Part shown: positions 13,378-29,150 of the stretch, piece after piece
Layout: each line of letters begins with the position of its first letter
Position numbering within the stretch: position 1 is the first letter of the stretch
NCBI RefSeq assembly: GCF_009914755.1
Contig: NC_060926.1
Direction: 5' to 3' (one strand)
Length of the DNA: 64,000 bases
From: the human T2T-CHM13v2.0 reference genome, Homo sapiens
The notes under the pieces: model-generated
Database searches by the model: none
What the model was told of the DNA's origin: nothing
Seen by the model: only the letters and a program-made list of their open reading frames with translations
Program-made: the position numbers and the translations under genes

Positions 13378-13582
13378 TAGGGGTAAGGAAATTATGGCCT
13401 ACAGCCAAATGCAGCACACTGTCTTTTAGTGTTGATAAGGTTTTATTGAAACACAGCCATGTCCATTCATTTGCATGTTGTTCCTAGCTGCTTTTGCACT
13501 GCAGTGGCCAGGTAGTTGCCGCAGAGACCTTGTGGTCCATACAGCCTTACAGATTCACTCTCTGGCCCTTTACAGAAAAACT
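13378..13582 (+). mobile_element. MER58A-like hAT-Charlie MITE
   Basis: GTTTTATTGAAACACAGCCATGTCCATTCATT...CTCTGGCCCTTTACAGAAAA. Confidence 0.8.
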
Positions 13583-13929
13583 ATTGTAATATCTGGAAAA
13601 TGTGTGGCTAATGTATTAATGTGAACAGAAACAAGATCTCTAAAAGTATATTGTCATCAAGTTTGTATTTTGTATTGTCTTTGTATTTTGAAGTTGGCGC
13701 TGCTGTTGTGATTGTTAGGACATGCATGTTTATGTCCTCAAGAGCTTATCAGTAGTTAAAAAGACTGATGTTCAGAGTCTTTTTCACAAATGAGACACAT
13801 AAAATTCGGCCTTTGACTTAGTCATTGTTAAGTCTATCAGCAAAACCTCATACAGGCTTCTTAGAGACTTTTCTTAGTGCTGCTCCTGATTGCTATAAAC
13901 CATGATGTTCCAACAACCTAAAGGCATTC

Positions 13930-14116
13930 ATGTGATTGTTAAGAATATAAAGCCAAACTTCATTGCTTCAAATTCTGATTCTACAACTAATAGCTTTGCC
14001 TGTTTTCTTGTCTATATCAGTGGGGATAACAATAGTACCCATCTCACAGATAAAGATGCCTAGAATAGTGCTGGGCAATATGTACACTCAGTAAATATCA
14101 GCAGTAATCATTACTA
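13930..14116 (+). mobile_element. MIR
   Basis: TTCAAATTCTGATTCTAC...GGGGATAACAATAGTACCCATCTCACAG...CACTCAGTAAATATCAGC. Confidence 0.7.
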
Positions 14117-14252
14117 TTTGAAGGTATGCTACTCAGTTCTGAAACATGCAAAGTGTCTTTCAAGGGAGCAGTTATTCACTTTACCTTATAATTCTGGAAT
14201 TGATTGTGTGGTCCATTTGAGGTATCATGATAAGCATGGTTATGTCATAGAA

Positions 14253-14770
14253 TTAATTCATTAGTCAATCGGTATTTGCGGAGCATCCACCCCATGCAGA
14301 ACAAGATATTAGAAACTGTGGGGATGCAAAGTAAACATGAGATACAGTCTTGTTCCTGGTAGAATTACTAGCATTGATATCTGGGGGAGCAGACCTATAT
14401 ACCCACAAGACAAGCAAATAGACAAGAGACAGCGATTAGACTCTGGCATTCTTACAGTTAAAAAGGTCAAGGGAAATAAGAACATCTTTAATAAGGAATA
14501 AGGCATGGAGGTACAATGTAATTAGTCTTCACCACTAAAGTTACTGTTTATAAAAATTCAGATGGAAAAGAAAACTCTGCGAAACCTGTGGTGATCATGG
14601 AAGAAAGGCTTCATGGACAGGGAGGAATATGAGTTGATCTGAAGAGGTAGAGACAGCAAGGGAGGTCTTGCTGAGCAAAGGCTCACAAGGTGATTTGTTC
14701 ATGGCACGGGCAGTGAATAGATCACACTGACTGGATATGAGGTGCAGTGGCCGGGGGCCATACGTGAGAT
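14253..14770 (-). mobile_element. L2 3' region
   Basis: ATTCATTAGTCAATCGGTATTTGCGGAGCA...GGGGATGCAAAGTAAAC...GGAAGAAAGGCTTCATGGA resembles the L2 tail in reverse. Confidence 0.6.
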
Positions 14771-14974
14771 GTAAACTTCACCTCCAACCTAATGGCACGA
14801 AATGAATGAAGACATAGAGGGGCCCGCTGTGGGCTTGGCATAGAAATTGCCAGCCTCCCAAGTTTCCAAACCATGGGCATTGGTTTGATGGTATTTCCTG
14901 CCTTTAAAACTTGTGCAGCTCTTGGCTAACTCTTGAATGCAATTCTGACTGTGGAGACAGGAAAGGAGGTTGGG

Positions 14975-15012
14975 GACAGGTCACTTTACCATTGACAGGT
15001 CACTTTAACATT
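14975..15012 (+). repeat. 19-bp tandem duplication containing AGGTCA
   Basis: GACAGGTCACTTTACCATT / GACAGGTCACTTTAACATT. Confidence 0.9.
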
Positions 15013-16756
15013 AATATTGAGTAGGATAATGAAATGAAATGTTAGATTCCCAACAATTTATCAGATGGTTTTGGGGAGGATCACATAAAATCGATAAGGA
15101 AGCTAACAGGCCATGGTTGAGGTGTAAAGTGGGAAGCGTGTGATGTGGAGATAGATAAGAAAGACTTGCAGAGTGAGAACAGAAAAGGTTTATTACAGAC
15201 TAGTCACAGGAAATGAAGGAGGGAGATGGGATAAATTACAGGTGGCATAAGGGCAGCCCCAGATTACTTTAGGAGTAATGATGCCCCGGCCACCATTGGG
15301 GAGTGGCGAGGAGAACAGACTCTGCCTTGTTGCTTTTAGTTCTCTGCAGGTGTGGGGTGGAAATCAATTGTCAGAAAAAGTGACTTTACAAACATCACAC
15401 ATAAATCTTTGCTGGATTCCTTTCGGGGTGGGCTTCAAAAAAAATGGTCATAGCTCTAGCCATAGCTTATAACATCCATACCTCATTAGCTAGAAAATAT
15501 TTCCTACAAAATTGAAACTACAGTCTGTATGTGGGGAGCTGACTCAGCTCCAAGCTGTCCCTTTGGCAGCAATCTGGGAAGAACCACCCACCGTTGCAAG
15601 AGTGAGTGCCTCTCACACTGTGTGTCTGGTTTATAAAAAGTTAGTGCCCTAAACACAGTGCTCAGCTACCACGCTCTTTCCAAAATTTCTTCTGTGAACA
15701 GCCCACCACTCCACAGTCCTAAGAGGAGGACTTATATACCCAGTGGAGTGATGATAGGATGAAGAAAAAGGTGGGAGTATGTGTCTAAAATTTACCAACT
15801 TACAGTAGATCCCACTCTTTCCATTTAAACAGTCTCTTTTAAGTAAACACTTAGTCTTTCAGATTTCTTCCTTTCTCTGATAATCCCAAGATGCAGAACT
15901 TCAAGCCCCTTGAAAACTCAAGGTGTTAAGATACTCCCAAGATGAGATCCGGCTATTTGGAGGGGTTAAAAGATGTGAGGTGGCAGCAAGGAGACCCAAG
16001 ATCTATGCAGCTGGTTTCTTTAGTTGGCTTTAGGACTCTATGGCCATGTGGTCATGTGGAGCCCTGGTCCCTGTAATGGAGTATAAGGGAGCAGCTAGGT
16101 AGAGATGCATTGCCCCCATCTACATCCAAGAAGCTAAGATTACACATTTTCCTGCCTCATGAGCTCCACTGCATTAGTGTCACTGATGCCAAATGAACAG
16201 GGCAGAGTAATGGCAGCCTCAATGCTTCACCAGTGGCAGGGCCCACTGGCCCAGCACCACCCACCAGAAGGCACAGCAGCACCCAGCTGACTACCCAGAA
16301 TCCAGGGAAGTGAGTCTGAGCCAGAAATAGAGGAGAAAATAAGTGCTGATACTCATAAGCTCATTTGAGCCATACTTCCTGAGTACTTATTAAAAATGTA
16401 TGTATTGGGTTGAGTTTTCAGGGGGCTTGAAGTTCTGCAATGTCATTTGGGGATAAAAGCCAGTACGGTATACAAGTTATGTAAATATTCAAACTGTGCA
16501 TTATCGTGACTGTAGGCAGAGTCTCATTCTGTCGCCATAGTCAGCAGCTTTAAAAGAAGAAACTGCTCTTAGCCTCTGCTTAACAAGCACTCACTGACCC
16601 AGCCCCATCCTCTACCTTCTTAGGGCTGCTGTCTTCCACTTCAGCACCTAAGTTCTAGCATCTGGGATCCATTTTTGAGGGAGAAGGGCCAGTCTCCTTA
16701 CACTTCTTATATACATTTTAAATTTGTTTCAAACTTCAAAGGTTTAACCAGATTAT

Positions 16757-16985
16757 GATAACAGTAATGGCCAACATTTGTTGAATTCTTACATTATATT
16801 CAGCACATTTACCTATGCAATACACAGAGCAACATTTGGAGGTAGATAGTATTCTCCCCTGACCTTTTCATGAGGATGGAGGCACAGCAAGGTTACCTTG
16901 CTTGCTCTACGTCACATATCCAGTAAAGTGTCAGAATTAGAACACAAACCCAGACATTACACTTTCAGAACTATGCTCTTAATCA
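16757..16985 (-). mobile_element. MIR
   Basis: GGCCAACATTTGTTGAATTCTTAC...GAGGCACAGCAAGGTTACC...CAGAATTAGAACACAAACCCAG. Confidence 0.7.
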
Positions 16986-17117
16986 GAGGTAGATGATAGA
17001 TTGATAGATAATAGATGATAGATACTGGCATGGTATCTGGAAAATTAGAGGAAAGCAATGTTAAAAGTAGAATCTCAGACCTTTATCTGTGGAAGGTACT
17101 TCAGAGCCCATCTAATC

Positions 17118-17338
17118 CAGTAGTTTCCAAACCAGACTAAATCCCCACTAGGGAGCAGACTCCAGGGATGTCATAGAGATTGAGGAAAAAAGGACAAGCA
17201 AACCAGCAGGGCTCAGAGCTCCTCCTTTCCTGCTATAACTTGAGCAATTCTGTATTTATCTGTTTTATGTTAGAGATTCTGTGTAAGAATCTTTTTATAG
17301 AAAGAATTATGCTGCTAAAAATAATCTGAGAATCACTG
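17118..17338. mobile_element. hAT-Charlie-type MITE (MER103-like) inside a MIR/MIR3 remnant (about 17070-17450)
   Basis: Termini CAGTAGTTTCCAAA ... GAGAATCACTG; internal TTTATCTGTTTTAT...TGCTGCTAAAAA. Confidence 0.55.
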
Positions 17339-17871
17339 TTATCTATCCCAACACTTTCATCAAAAAATGGAAAACCGAGACCCAGCATTATCTGAATCAT
17401 ACAAGAAGGTTACGGCAAAGTTGAACCAAGCACTCACTCTCCTAACTCATTTGTGGAAAATATAGAATACCCACAGGTTACTTTCAGCATTCTTGTCAGG
17501 CCAGATAACCTACAGGTCACATGTGGCAGACTTCCAGATTAACCCACCTGAAGGAGGTCTTGGGATACATGGCTTACATCCTGTCCTTGAGCAAAGAATC
17601 TTATCTGAGTCCCTCAAATCTTATCATGAGTTCCTCCAACTGTTGATGTACTGATAAGTACATAACCTGCTGACATTGAAAAACACACTGACTTATTTCT
17701 GAATCATGAAGTTTTAAGGACTGTCTTGCACATAGAACATTTTGGCCTATATATTGTAATCTATAACCAATGACTGTACCTTCTGTATTGTACTCTCTAG
17801 TGAAAAGAACCTCATACCTCTGGTATGAGGAGTCCCCTACTCTTCTCCTAAACTTTCCTGTGAAAGCCTTC

Positions 17872-18838
17872 TGTATTAGTCCATTCTTGCACTGCTATAA
17901 AGAACTACCTGAGGCTGGGTAATTTATAAAGAAAAGAGATTTATAAAGGCAGAAATACCATTTAACCCAGCAATTCCATTATTGGGTTTATACCCAAAGG
18001 AATATAAATCATTCTATTATAAAGACACATGCACGCATATGTTCATTGCAGCACTATTCACAACAGCAAAGACATGGACTCAATCCAGATGCCCATCAAT
18101 GATAGACTGGATAAAGAAAATGTGGTACATATACATCATGGAATACTATGCAGCCACAAAAAGGAACAAGATCATGTCCTCGGTGGGGACATGGATGGAG
18201 CTGGAAGCCATTACCCTCAGCAAACTAATGCAGGAACAGAAAACCAAACACCATATGTTCTCACTTATAAGTGGGAGCTGAATGAGAAGACACATGGACA
18301 CATGGTGGGGGGAGCAGCACACCCTGGGGCCTGCCAGAGGGTTGGGGAGGTGGGGGAGGGAAAGCATCAGGAAGAATAGCTAATGGATGCTGGGCTTAAT
18401 ACCTCAGTGATGGGATGATCTGTGCAGCAAATCACCATAGCACACATTTACCTTGTAACAAACCTGCACATCCTGTACATGTACCCCTGAATTTAAAAGT
18501 TGGAAATCAAAGAAAAAAAGATTTAATTACGCTAACAGTTCTGCAGGCTCTACAGACTTCTGTTTCTAGGGAGGCCTCAGGAAACTTACAATCATGGCAG
18601 AAGGTAAAGAGGAAGCAAGCATGTCTTCACATGGCCAGAGCAGGAGAAAGAGAGAGAGAAGGGGGAGGTGCCTCACACCTTCAAACAACCAGATCTCATG
18701 AGACCTCTTTCACGAGAACAGCAAGAAGGAAGTCCAACCCCATGATTCATTCACCTCCCATAAGGCCCCTACTCCACCACTGGGGATTATAATTCAACAT
18801 GAGATTTGGGTAGGGGGACACAGAGTCAAACCACATTA
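17872..18838 (-). mobile_element. MaLR MSTA-like LTR, split by L1PA
   Basis: TGTATTAGTCCATTCTTGCACTGCTATAAAG...AGAGTCAAACCACATTA; near-TSD CCTTC/GCTTC. Confidence 0.88.
17944..18508 (+). mobile_element. L1PA (about L1PA13) 3' end
   Basis: ORF 17982-18281 is an ORF2 C-terminus (YKDTCTHMFIAALFTTAKTW...); GCATCAGGAAGAATAGCTAATGGATGCTGGGCTTAATACC; TSD-like AAAGAAAAGAGATTTA / AAAGAAAAAAAGATTTA. Confidence 0.92.
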
Positions 18839-21800
18839 GCTTCCAACTTGTAACAGACTCTGGAACACACCCAACTTTGTTGATGTGTCTTTCCAGGTCC
18901 ATCCTCACATTTGGCTTCCAGTAAAACTTTATCAGATTTTTCCTGCCTCAACAGCCTTCATTTTGGCCAACAGGCAGCTATTGTTGATGAAACTGACTCT
19001 TGTTTTTCATAGATTAGGGGAAGGGTGAAGATTACCAGGTTATGACAAATGACAATCCTTCAATATTAAGGTAAATGTGATCTGGAAGAAAAAAATTGTA
19101 AAGGCTTCTTATTCTATCACTTGCCACCTGCCTCTTGCTTAGGAGTTGTTCCTGTGGTTTACTTGAGTTCTTTACTCACGATAGAGAACTATCTGCTAGT
19201 TCTGTGTCTGATGCTGTGGGCCAAAATTGCTGAACCGAGAACAAGGGCTTCATAAGCAATCCTTATCCAAGGTCAGCTGTGTCCTCTTAAGTATCAAAGA
19301 AGGATTGCTTTGCTGTCAGAGAATTCCTAAGTTTGATATAAGGATGAAGTACAAATGTTTTGCTGCAAGGAGCACATGAAAGCAATACCACCTGTTTGGC
19401 TGTTTAGATCATTCAAAACAAAAGGTGTACCTTGACAGAAGCAACTTACAGGCTCTGAAACCTGAGGTTATTGTTCCAGACACACCTAGTGAAACGAAGG
19501 CTGTTTCACAAGAACAGATGTACATGATTAATCAAACACATAGATACTAAAATGCACGCACACATACACACACAGCACAGTGCCCATTTATTAACTCACA
19601 ATGAGAAATTCTGCAACCAAATAGACGGCACTGTTCACATCTGCAAAGTATTGCTTTCCTTCCCATTAAGCAAGTGATGCACATAGCAGGTGATCAATAT
19701 ATATCCATTGAATTAATGAGGGAAATCAAATTATAAGCAGAATGTTAAGTCATTGAATTACAGTGAGAAATGCAATTCTCAAAGAGAGTGGATGATCATA
19801 CAGCCCCAGTCAGCACATTCACTTACCATCAACAAATGGCTTGTATTGGAAACAAGCTATCAGAAGGCTGGGGAGAAATCATGGAATCGGAGTTAAGGGA
19901 GACAGTATCTTAAGAAATGACTCTCAAGAAGGGACAGTTAAGGCCTTTTTATCTAACATTGAATTAGATATTCCAAGGAAAACACAATTGAGCTAGTGGA
20001 TTGAGTCCACTAGCCAGGACTCCTCTTTCCGTGGTGAGTTGGGATGGCGCATGCCCACACCTGCCTCTAATTCTCATTCTGTAATCGCATGGCTCACCAG
20101 ATTCACAGCAGTCTCACCAGCCTGAAGATGGTTCTAACGCTTTTTCCTTGAGTTGCCCAGCTCTGCTGTGATCCATAAGGCACTGCTTTTAAAATTGAAA
20201 CTTTCAAAAACTGTCTTATTTCCTTTTTTGTGTGGAGGAAGGAAAGAGGAAGAGATGAAACATGTTGTAGCCTGTTGGTAACCACAACCCAAATTACATA
20301 AAATGAATTATTTCTTATTTTAGTAATTCTGTAAGTTTTAGAAGTCCATATAGAGAGAATGTTTATGCTTGACAAACTAATATAAAGCATCTTTTATGAG
20401 ACAATTGCTAATGTCTATCACATTTAGACTAGCATTATGAATAATTATGAATCAATTACATTTTCCAACTCTGTACTGAAAGTATGTTTTTAGATCCCTA
20501 TCAAGCTGATGTTATTTAAAGCATTTAATTTATTGATGTATTAAACATGTGTTATAATAAATGCTATGCCAACAAACATAAAGACAGACTCACCAATATT
20601 TTATGAGACAAAATAGATCACTTCTAATAATTTCATGTCACATCTTCCTTCCACTAAAACTCAGCCATCCATCCTTGAGTTTCAAACCTACCGCTCCATC
20701 CTAAGTATAGCAAGGGTTCAAATAGAGGTATCTTATAGCACATCCTCCCATCCTCCGTTTTAGCAAACTTCTACTAGCCTTGTTGGGTGTCCCTATTCTG
20801 AATTTAAAGACCTTACATCAAGAACATGTATCTTCCTCTCTTCCTGTAATAGAAATATAACAAAAATGTCACAAAGGCAACAGAGAGTCCAGGAGATGGA
20901 CAAAGAAACAAAAATCCCCCCTGGATGCAAAAGGGTCAAGGCCAGTGAAACTCTATCTGAAATTACCAGCTCTGGGATTTTTCCAAAAACAAATGAAAGC
21001 CTACATAGAGCATGCATTCCAGGGATTATGAACTCATTTTGGCTTATGCTCTTTAAAAAGGTCTACAGCTGCATTCAAAATATATCCAGCTCATCTGTAG
21101 GCCTGGGGACTGACATGAAGCCAAGAGCCCCAGCTGGGACATGCAGGCAGGAATCAATTTAAGCCTTTCTGGCAGGACATGAGGTGGTTTGTTATAATGC
21201 ATGTTAAGGAGGGAAACCAAACCATGGAGAATTGGGTGTTTATCTTTCCTGAGTATTAAAGAGATGATAAATTGATGGATGAAAGTATATAGGAGATTCT
21301 CACAAAGCTATTGTGCATGCTGGGTAGGCGCTGTGTCAGTTTCACAATGAAGACTTAATAAAAATAAATCAGGGTTTGAGAATTAGGGAAGTCCCAACCA
21401 TGCTGTTGAGAGAAGAAAGATCACCTGGGGCTTCAAGCCCTGACTTAATAGAAAAGACAAGGCATTCATTTGTAGACACCTCAACATTAGTAAAGTAATA
21501 AAGCTCCCAAAGTTCTTAGAATTCTACATTTTTATTAATAACCACTGCCAAGGGAGCTAGTAACTGTATTAGAGAACCATATTTCAAAAGTAAAAATGAT
21601 ACAGGAGAGGAATATTTAAAGCCTGAGATCAATTTTATAAGTACCAAGTGAAGTGATCTATAAATATAGTTATAATCCAAGATGTGCCTATTTGGGTTAC
21701 GAGAATTCAAATTTATGAAGCATTTCATGTAATATCCCTTCCTTTGGCTTCTGAGGCACTTCTTCCCATTAATAGAAACCAATTTGGATTTTCTTGTGCC

Positions 21801-21913
21801 ACATGCAGTCATCTTTGCAGATGTAGTTAGCTCGAATTGCATTAAATTATCCTCTCAGGAAACTCATGGTATGCTCATTTATAGCAGCAGAAATAACCTC
21901 AGGAATCATGCCA

Positions 21914-21925
21914 TTTATGACGTCA
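21914..21925 (+). promoter_or_regulatory. Perfect CRE palindrome TGACGTCA overlapping TTTATGA
   Basis: Motif match only, in non-repeat DNA; function unproven. Confidence 0.3.
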
Positions 21926-22069
21926 ACTTGTCTATTTAGTATGATGTCACTCGCATTGTTTCACTGCATTCCTTTTTCTTTGAGTTGTGTTTATTGTTGT
22001 TACATTTTTACTTGCTTTGCAATACAGTTTGAATTGTGCTATTGTCCTACAATAGTAAAAGAATATTAA

Positions 22070-22275
22070 TATATAATTTGGGGGCATTGACAATATGTGG
22101 TGTACTGTGCTAAACATTTTGCACATATTAATTTATTAATCCTCACTCAATCCTAAGAGGTGGGTACTATTATTATCCCATTTTTCTGCTGAGGGAGCTG
22201 AGGCACAGATTAATTAAGCAATCTTAATCTTGAAACTACAGAGTTAGTAAGTGGCAGAACTACATCTGAACGTAG
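22070..22275 (-). mobile_element. MIR
   Basis: GTACTGTGCTAAACATTTT...GGTACTATTATTATCCCATTTTT...CTGAGGCACAGA. Confidence 0.8.
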
Positions 22276-22474
22276 TACGTAGTATACTGTGATAAGGGCT
22301 GTAAAATTGCTTAACAAGAGCAAGTAAACAGCTGTTTTCTAAGTAATAAAGATATAACACCTTGTCAGGGGCTATTATAACTTATTTTAACAGCTATTCA
22401 AATAATTGTGCCCAATTTAATGGGATATTATATTGTTTTAGTGTAAGTGGATGCCAGTTTGAGGGCTTAACACA

Positions 22475-24740
<2,266 letters not shown>

Positions 24741-25358
24741 AACATGAAATTCTTCCCTGTTTCAATTATTTGTAATTACATTTTTTATTTATGATGATTT
24801 ATTCCTTCAATAATTTTTTCAGGAATAAATTACCCTTGAAAAACAGAAGAAGGCTGTTCAGATAAAACATTATCCTTTTCCTTTCAAGCAGAATGCTTCC
24901 GAGAGGGGTTTGGAATAAGATGAAATGTACATTATATCCTGGGTTTCCCTCTCTGAAGAATCCATACCAACTCCCAACATTTTGATACCAAAAAAACTAG
25001 GTTCTATTAATATCAAGGACAAACTTGAGAACATAAGTCACCAAAAGACAACATTCAGACTGACAAATTTATGCATTATGGTTTTTGTTGAAATCAAAAA
25101 CAAGTCTTATAAACTCTATAGCAAATTTAAACATCACTTTTTAACAAATAAAAAATGCACCATTTGCAAAAATTTACATTTAAGCTACATGGCACTTAAT
25201 TGGTGTATCTATAGATAGCTATACTATATATCTCTATCTATTTTTATTTGGCATATTCCAACATGATTTCTTAGAAAGACCATCAGGCTCTCACCATCAG
25301 GAAGTGGTGGGGGCTTGGAATGGAAAAACATCTCAAGAGTTTATGAAAAAGGAGTTGA

Positions 25359-25725
<367 letters not shown>

Positions 25726-27614
25726 TCATTTGAAAGGTTTAATAGTAGATGAGTAGAAACATATAGACCACATTTACCTACCTTTCAAGTGTATATGAAT
25801 ATAAAAGTTCAGGGAAATTTCTTTGGCAAATCTCAGAACATTTTCTCAATGATTTAGTGTATGTATAAACATCAAAAATGTGTCTAGATTTTTCAACTAA
25901 AACCTTTCTATGGTGCATATTTATGGTTTTAAAGGATGGTTTCAATGTTCATAATAATTCAAAAATAACACATTCAAATCAGAGATTGCTTAGCTCTCCC
26001 ATAAAATAAAAAAGATGTCTGCTAAAACACTATATAAAAAACAGTTTGTTCCTGGAGCTAGCTAAGGAAGTAGGTGAGGGTTCTATGATTCCAGTTAACG
26101 AACGTTTCACTCCAATGCATGACTCAATGTAGTCTAGGCTGGTTTGTGATGTCCAGCATTCATTCTGTTTCTTTGTCACAAAATCCAAAGCTCTTCACCA
26201 TATGGTGTCATTTTTGAAATGTTAATCTGAGCACAGCTTGTGATGCCAGTTAGGTTTCCAGCTGGTCTCTGTATTGGCTATTTCACAGACATTAGCCCTG
26301 TTTTGAATTAAACTAAATTAGGGAATAAAATGAGATATTGTCATGCAAAGTCAGGCAATATTATTTGACATCTGCACCATCTCTGAGAGCTTTATTGAGT
26401 GGTTATTTTTAAATGTAAACTAAGAAAGAAAGAATATATAAACAACTTAAGGTTAGATAACATATTAATGTAGCATCTTAGGAGATAATAACAATACTTG
26501 AAGAATGATATCCATCCACACCCTACATCTATTTGGGCCAGAGGGAAGGAAGTAAATAGCCTTTTCTAAGACATTTACAGACCCAGTGCATCATTTTTGC
26601 CTGGCTAAGGAAACAGCCATTAAGATGTATGTGGATCAGAAATGCACGTGTTTGCTTTTTATTTTTTCACCTTCCTGTCATTTCCAAAAGACACTTACTT
26701 GAAAGTAAAGAGATGGATAAAAGGAATTCACTCCTCTTTGCATAATAATTTAGCATGCTAAATGCACTGGAAGAGAGGAATCTTGCTGATAACTACACAC
26801 GGTTGGCATTTGGTGTGGCTAAACATTTCTCATTCTCCTGTGGCTTTACTGTCCCCTGCCTGAGAATCAGAATTTTGTATCTGTGTGTCTCCTGCACGGA
26901 TGAGGCTATATCCATGGACACTGTTACTCACAGGAAAATCAGAAACAAAAATTCGTATCTGCAACTTACAATGGGGATAGACCTTGAAAAGGACTAGACT
27001 TGCAATGCCTAAATTCCTCCCCACCATCCCTCTCAAAAGTTTTCTGCAGAACTTGGGAAATCAAGGGTCATTAAAAACTATTCTGCTGTGACTGTAGAGC
27101 CTAATTCTACCCCAAATCCCCAGACTTGTTGCAAGGCTTTGCTTTGAGGATAGAGATGGGTCCAGTGTGTGCACAACCCTGTGGGTCAGGTGGTTTCCTG
27201 TGGAGTCAGTCCAGGTTTGCCCAAGAAGATCTGAAGAGAGGCTCTCACAGAGGAGGGTAGACCTGTAATTGTGTGAGCAAGGGCAGGAATCTGGATGTGT
27301 CCTACGGAGGACTAACTGTGAAAGCTTTAACTTCTTGAAAGCGTTCCTTTTGAAATTTTTTTCCTTTTGACAGTTCTAAGTATCTTTCCATGTAAGCTCC
27401 TTTTAATAGAGCCCCAACCCTTCAGTGACCTCTGGTCTACCCATCCAACTGGATATTCCAGTGGTGCAGAAGAAAGGAAGGACAGGGGGTGAAATGTACC
27501 TCACATTTGCCCCTGGCCACTTCCTCTTTCTTACCCTACATCCTTGCCTCATCAAGGAGGCCCGCAGTCCCGAGTTCCAGGTCCCCAGCTGATGACTGAA
27601 GAGATTAGAGACTG

Positions 27615-28400
<786 letters not shown>

Positions 28401-28471
28401 AGATTGCAACTCAGATAAGAAATAGAGATGAAATAATCAGGGTCTGATTTCTTAAACTTCTTTCTTTTCCA

Positions 28472-28845
28472 GAATGAGTTCATGTTCTTTGCAGGGACAT
28501 GGATGAAGCTGGAAACCATCATTGTCAGCAAACTAATACAGGAACGGGAAACCAAATACTGCATGTTCTCACTCATAAGTGCGAGTTGAACAATGAGAAC
28601 ACATGGACACAGGGAGGGGAACATCACACACTGGGGCCTGTTGAGGGGTGGGGGGAAAGGGGAGGGAGAGCATTAGAAAAAACAGCTAATGCATGCGGGG
28701 CTTAAAACCTAGATAAGGGGTTGATAGGTGCAGCAAACCACCATGGTATTTGTATACCTATGTAACAAACCTGGACGTTCTGCACATGCATCCCAGAACT
28801 TAAAGTAAAATAAAAATAAAATAATAAAATAAATATAAGAAAAAT
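28472..28845 (+). mobile_element. L1PA (about L1PA8) 3' UTR
   Basis: GCTAATGCATGCGGGGCTTAAAACCTAGAT; 17-bp TSD AACTT(C/T)TTTCTTTTCCA at 28455-28471 and 28846-28862. Confidence 0.92.
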
Positions 28846-28929
28846 AACTTTTTTCTTTTCCAAATACCCTACAAGGATGGTGATCCCAAAAGCTGTGCAA
28901 AACCAGCTCTTATGTTAGACTAGATGACA

Positions 28930-29150
28930 TTTATTATTTTCCAAGTGCCAGCTGTCCTGACCACTTCACTTGCATTATATTTGAACAACAATGCTGTGAG
29001 GTAAATGCAGTCACTTTCCTTGTTTTACAGATGAATGAGGCGAGACTTGATTAATTAACTTGCCCACTATCAGAGAAATGGAAAGCAGTGCATTCTACTT
29101 TGAAAACAGGTGGTTTGACTCCAAAGTCTATGTACCAACCACTATTCTAA
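28930..29150 (-). mobile_element. MIR
   Basis: TGCTGTGAGGTAAATGCAG...TTTTACAGATGAATGAGG...TTTGACTCCAAAGTC. Confidence 0.65.

Larger units (their letters stand above)
17494..18972 (+). mobile_element. ERV1 solo LTR (MER31-like), split by MST and L1PA
   Basis: TG start, CAGGTCACATGTGGCAGACTTCCAGATTAACCCACCTG; resumes at 18839 and ends TTTTGGCCAACA. Confidence 0.7.

Noticed and set aside
15900-16400. Possible old ERVL-type LTR (similarly 26950-27600 and 56660-56830)
   Set aside because: Composition is suggestive, but I could not fix termini or family with confidence.
20114-20181. Possible minus-strand exon ending at CTG|GTGAGA with open frames
   Set aside because: Acceptor is weak (AATTTTAAAAG) and the peptide is unrecognised.
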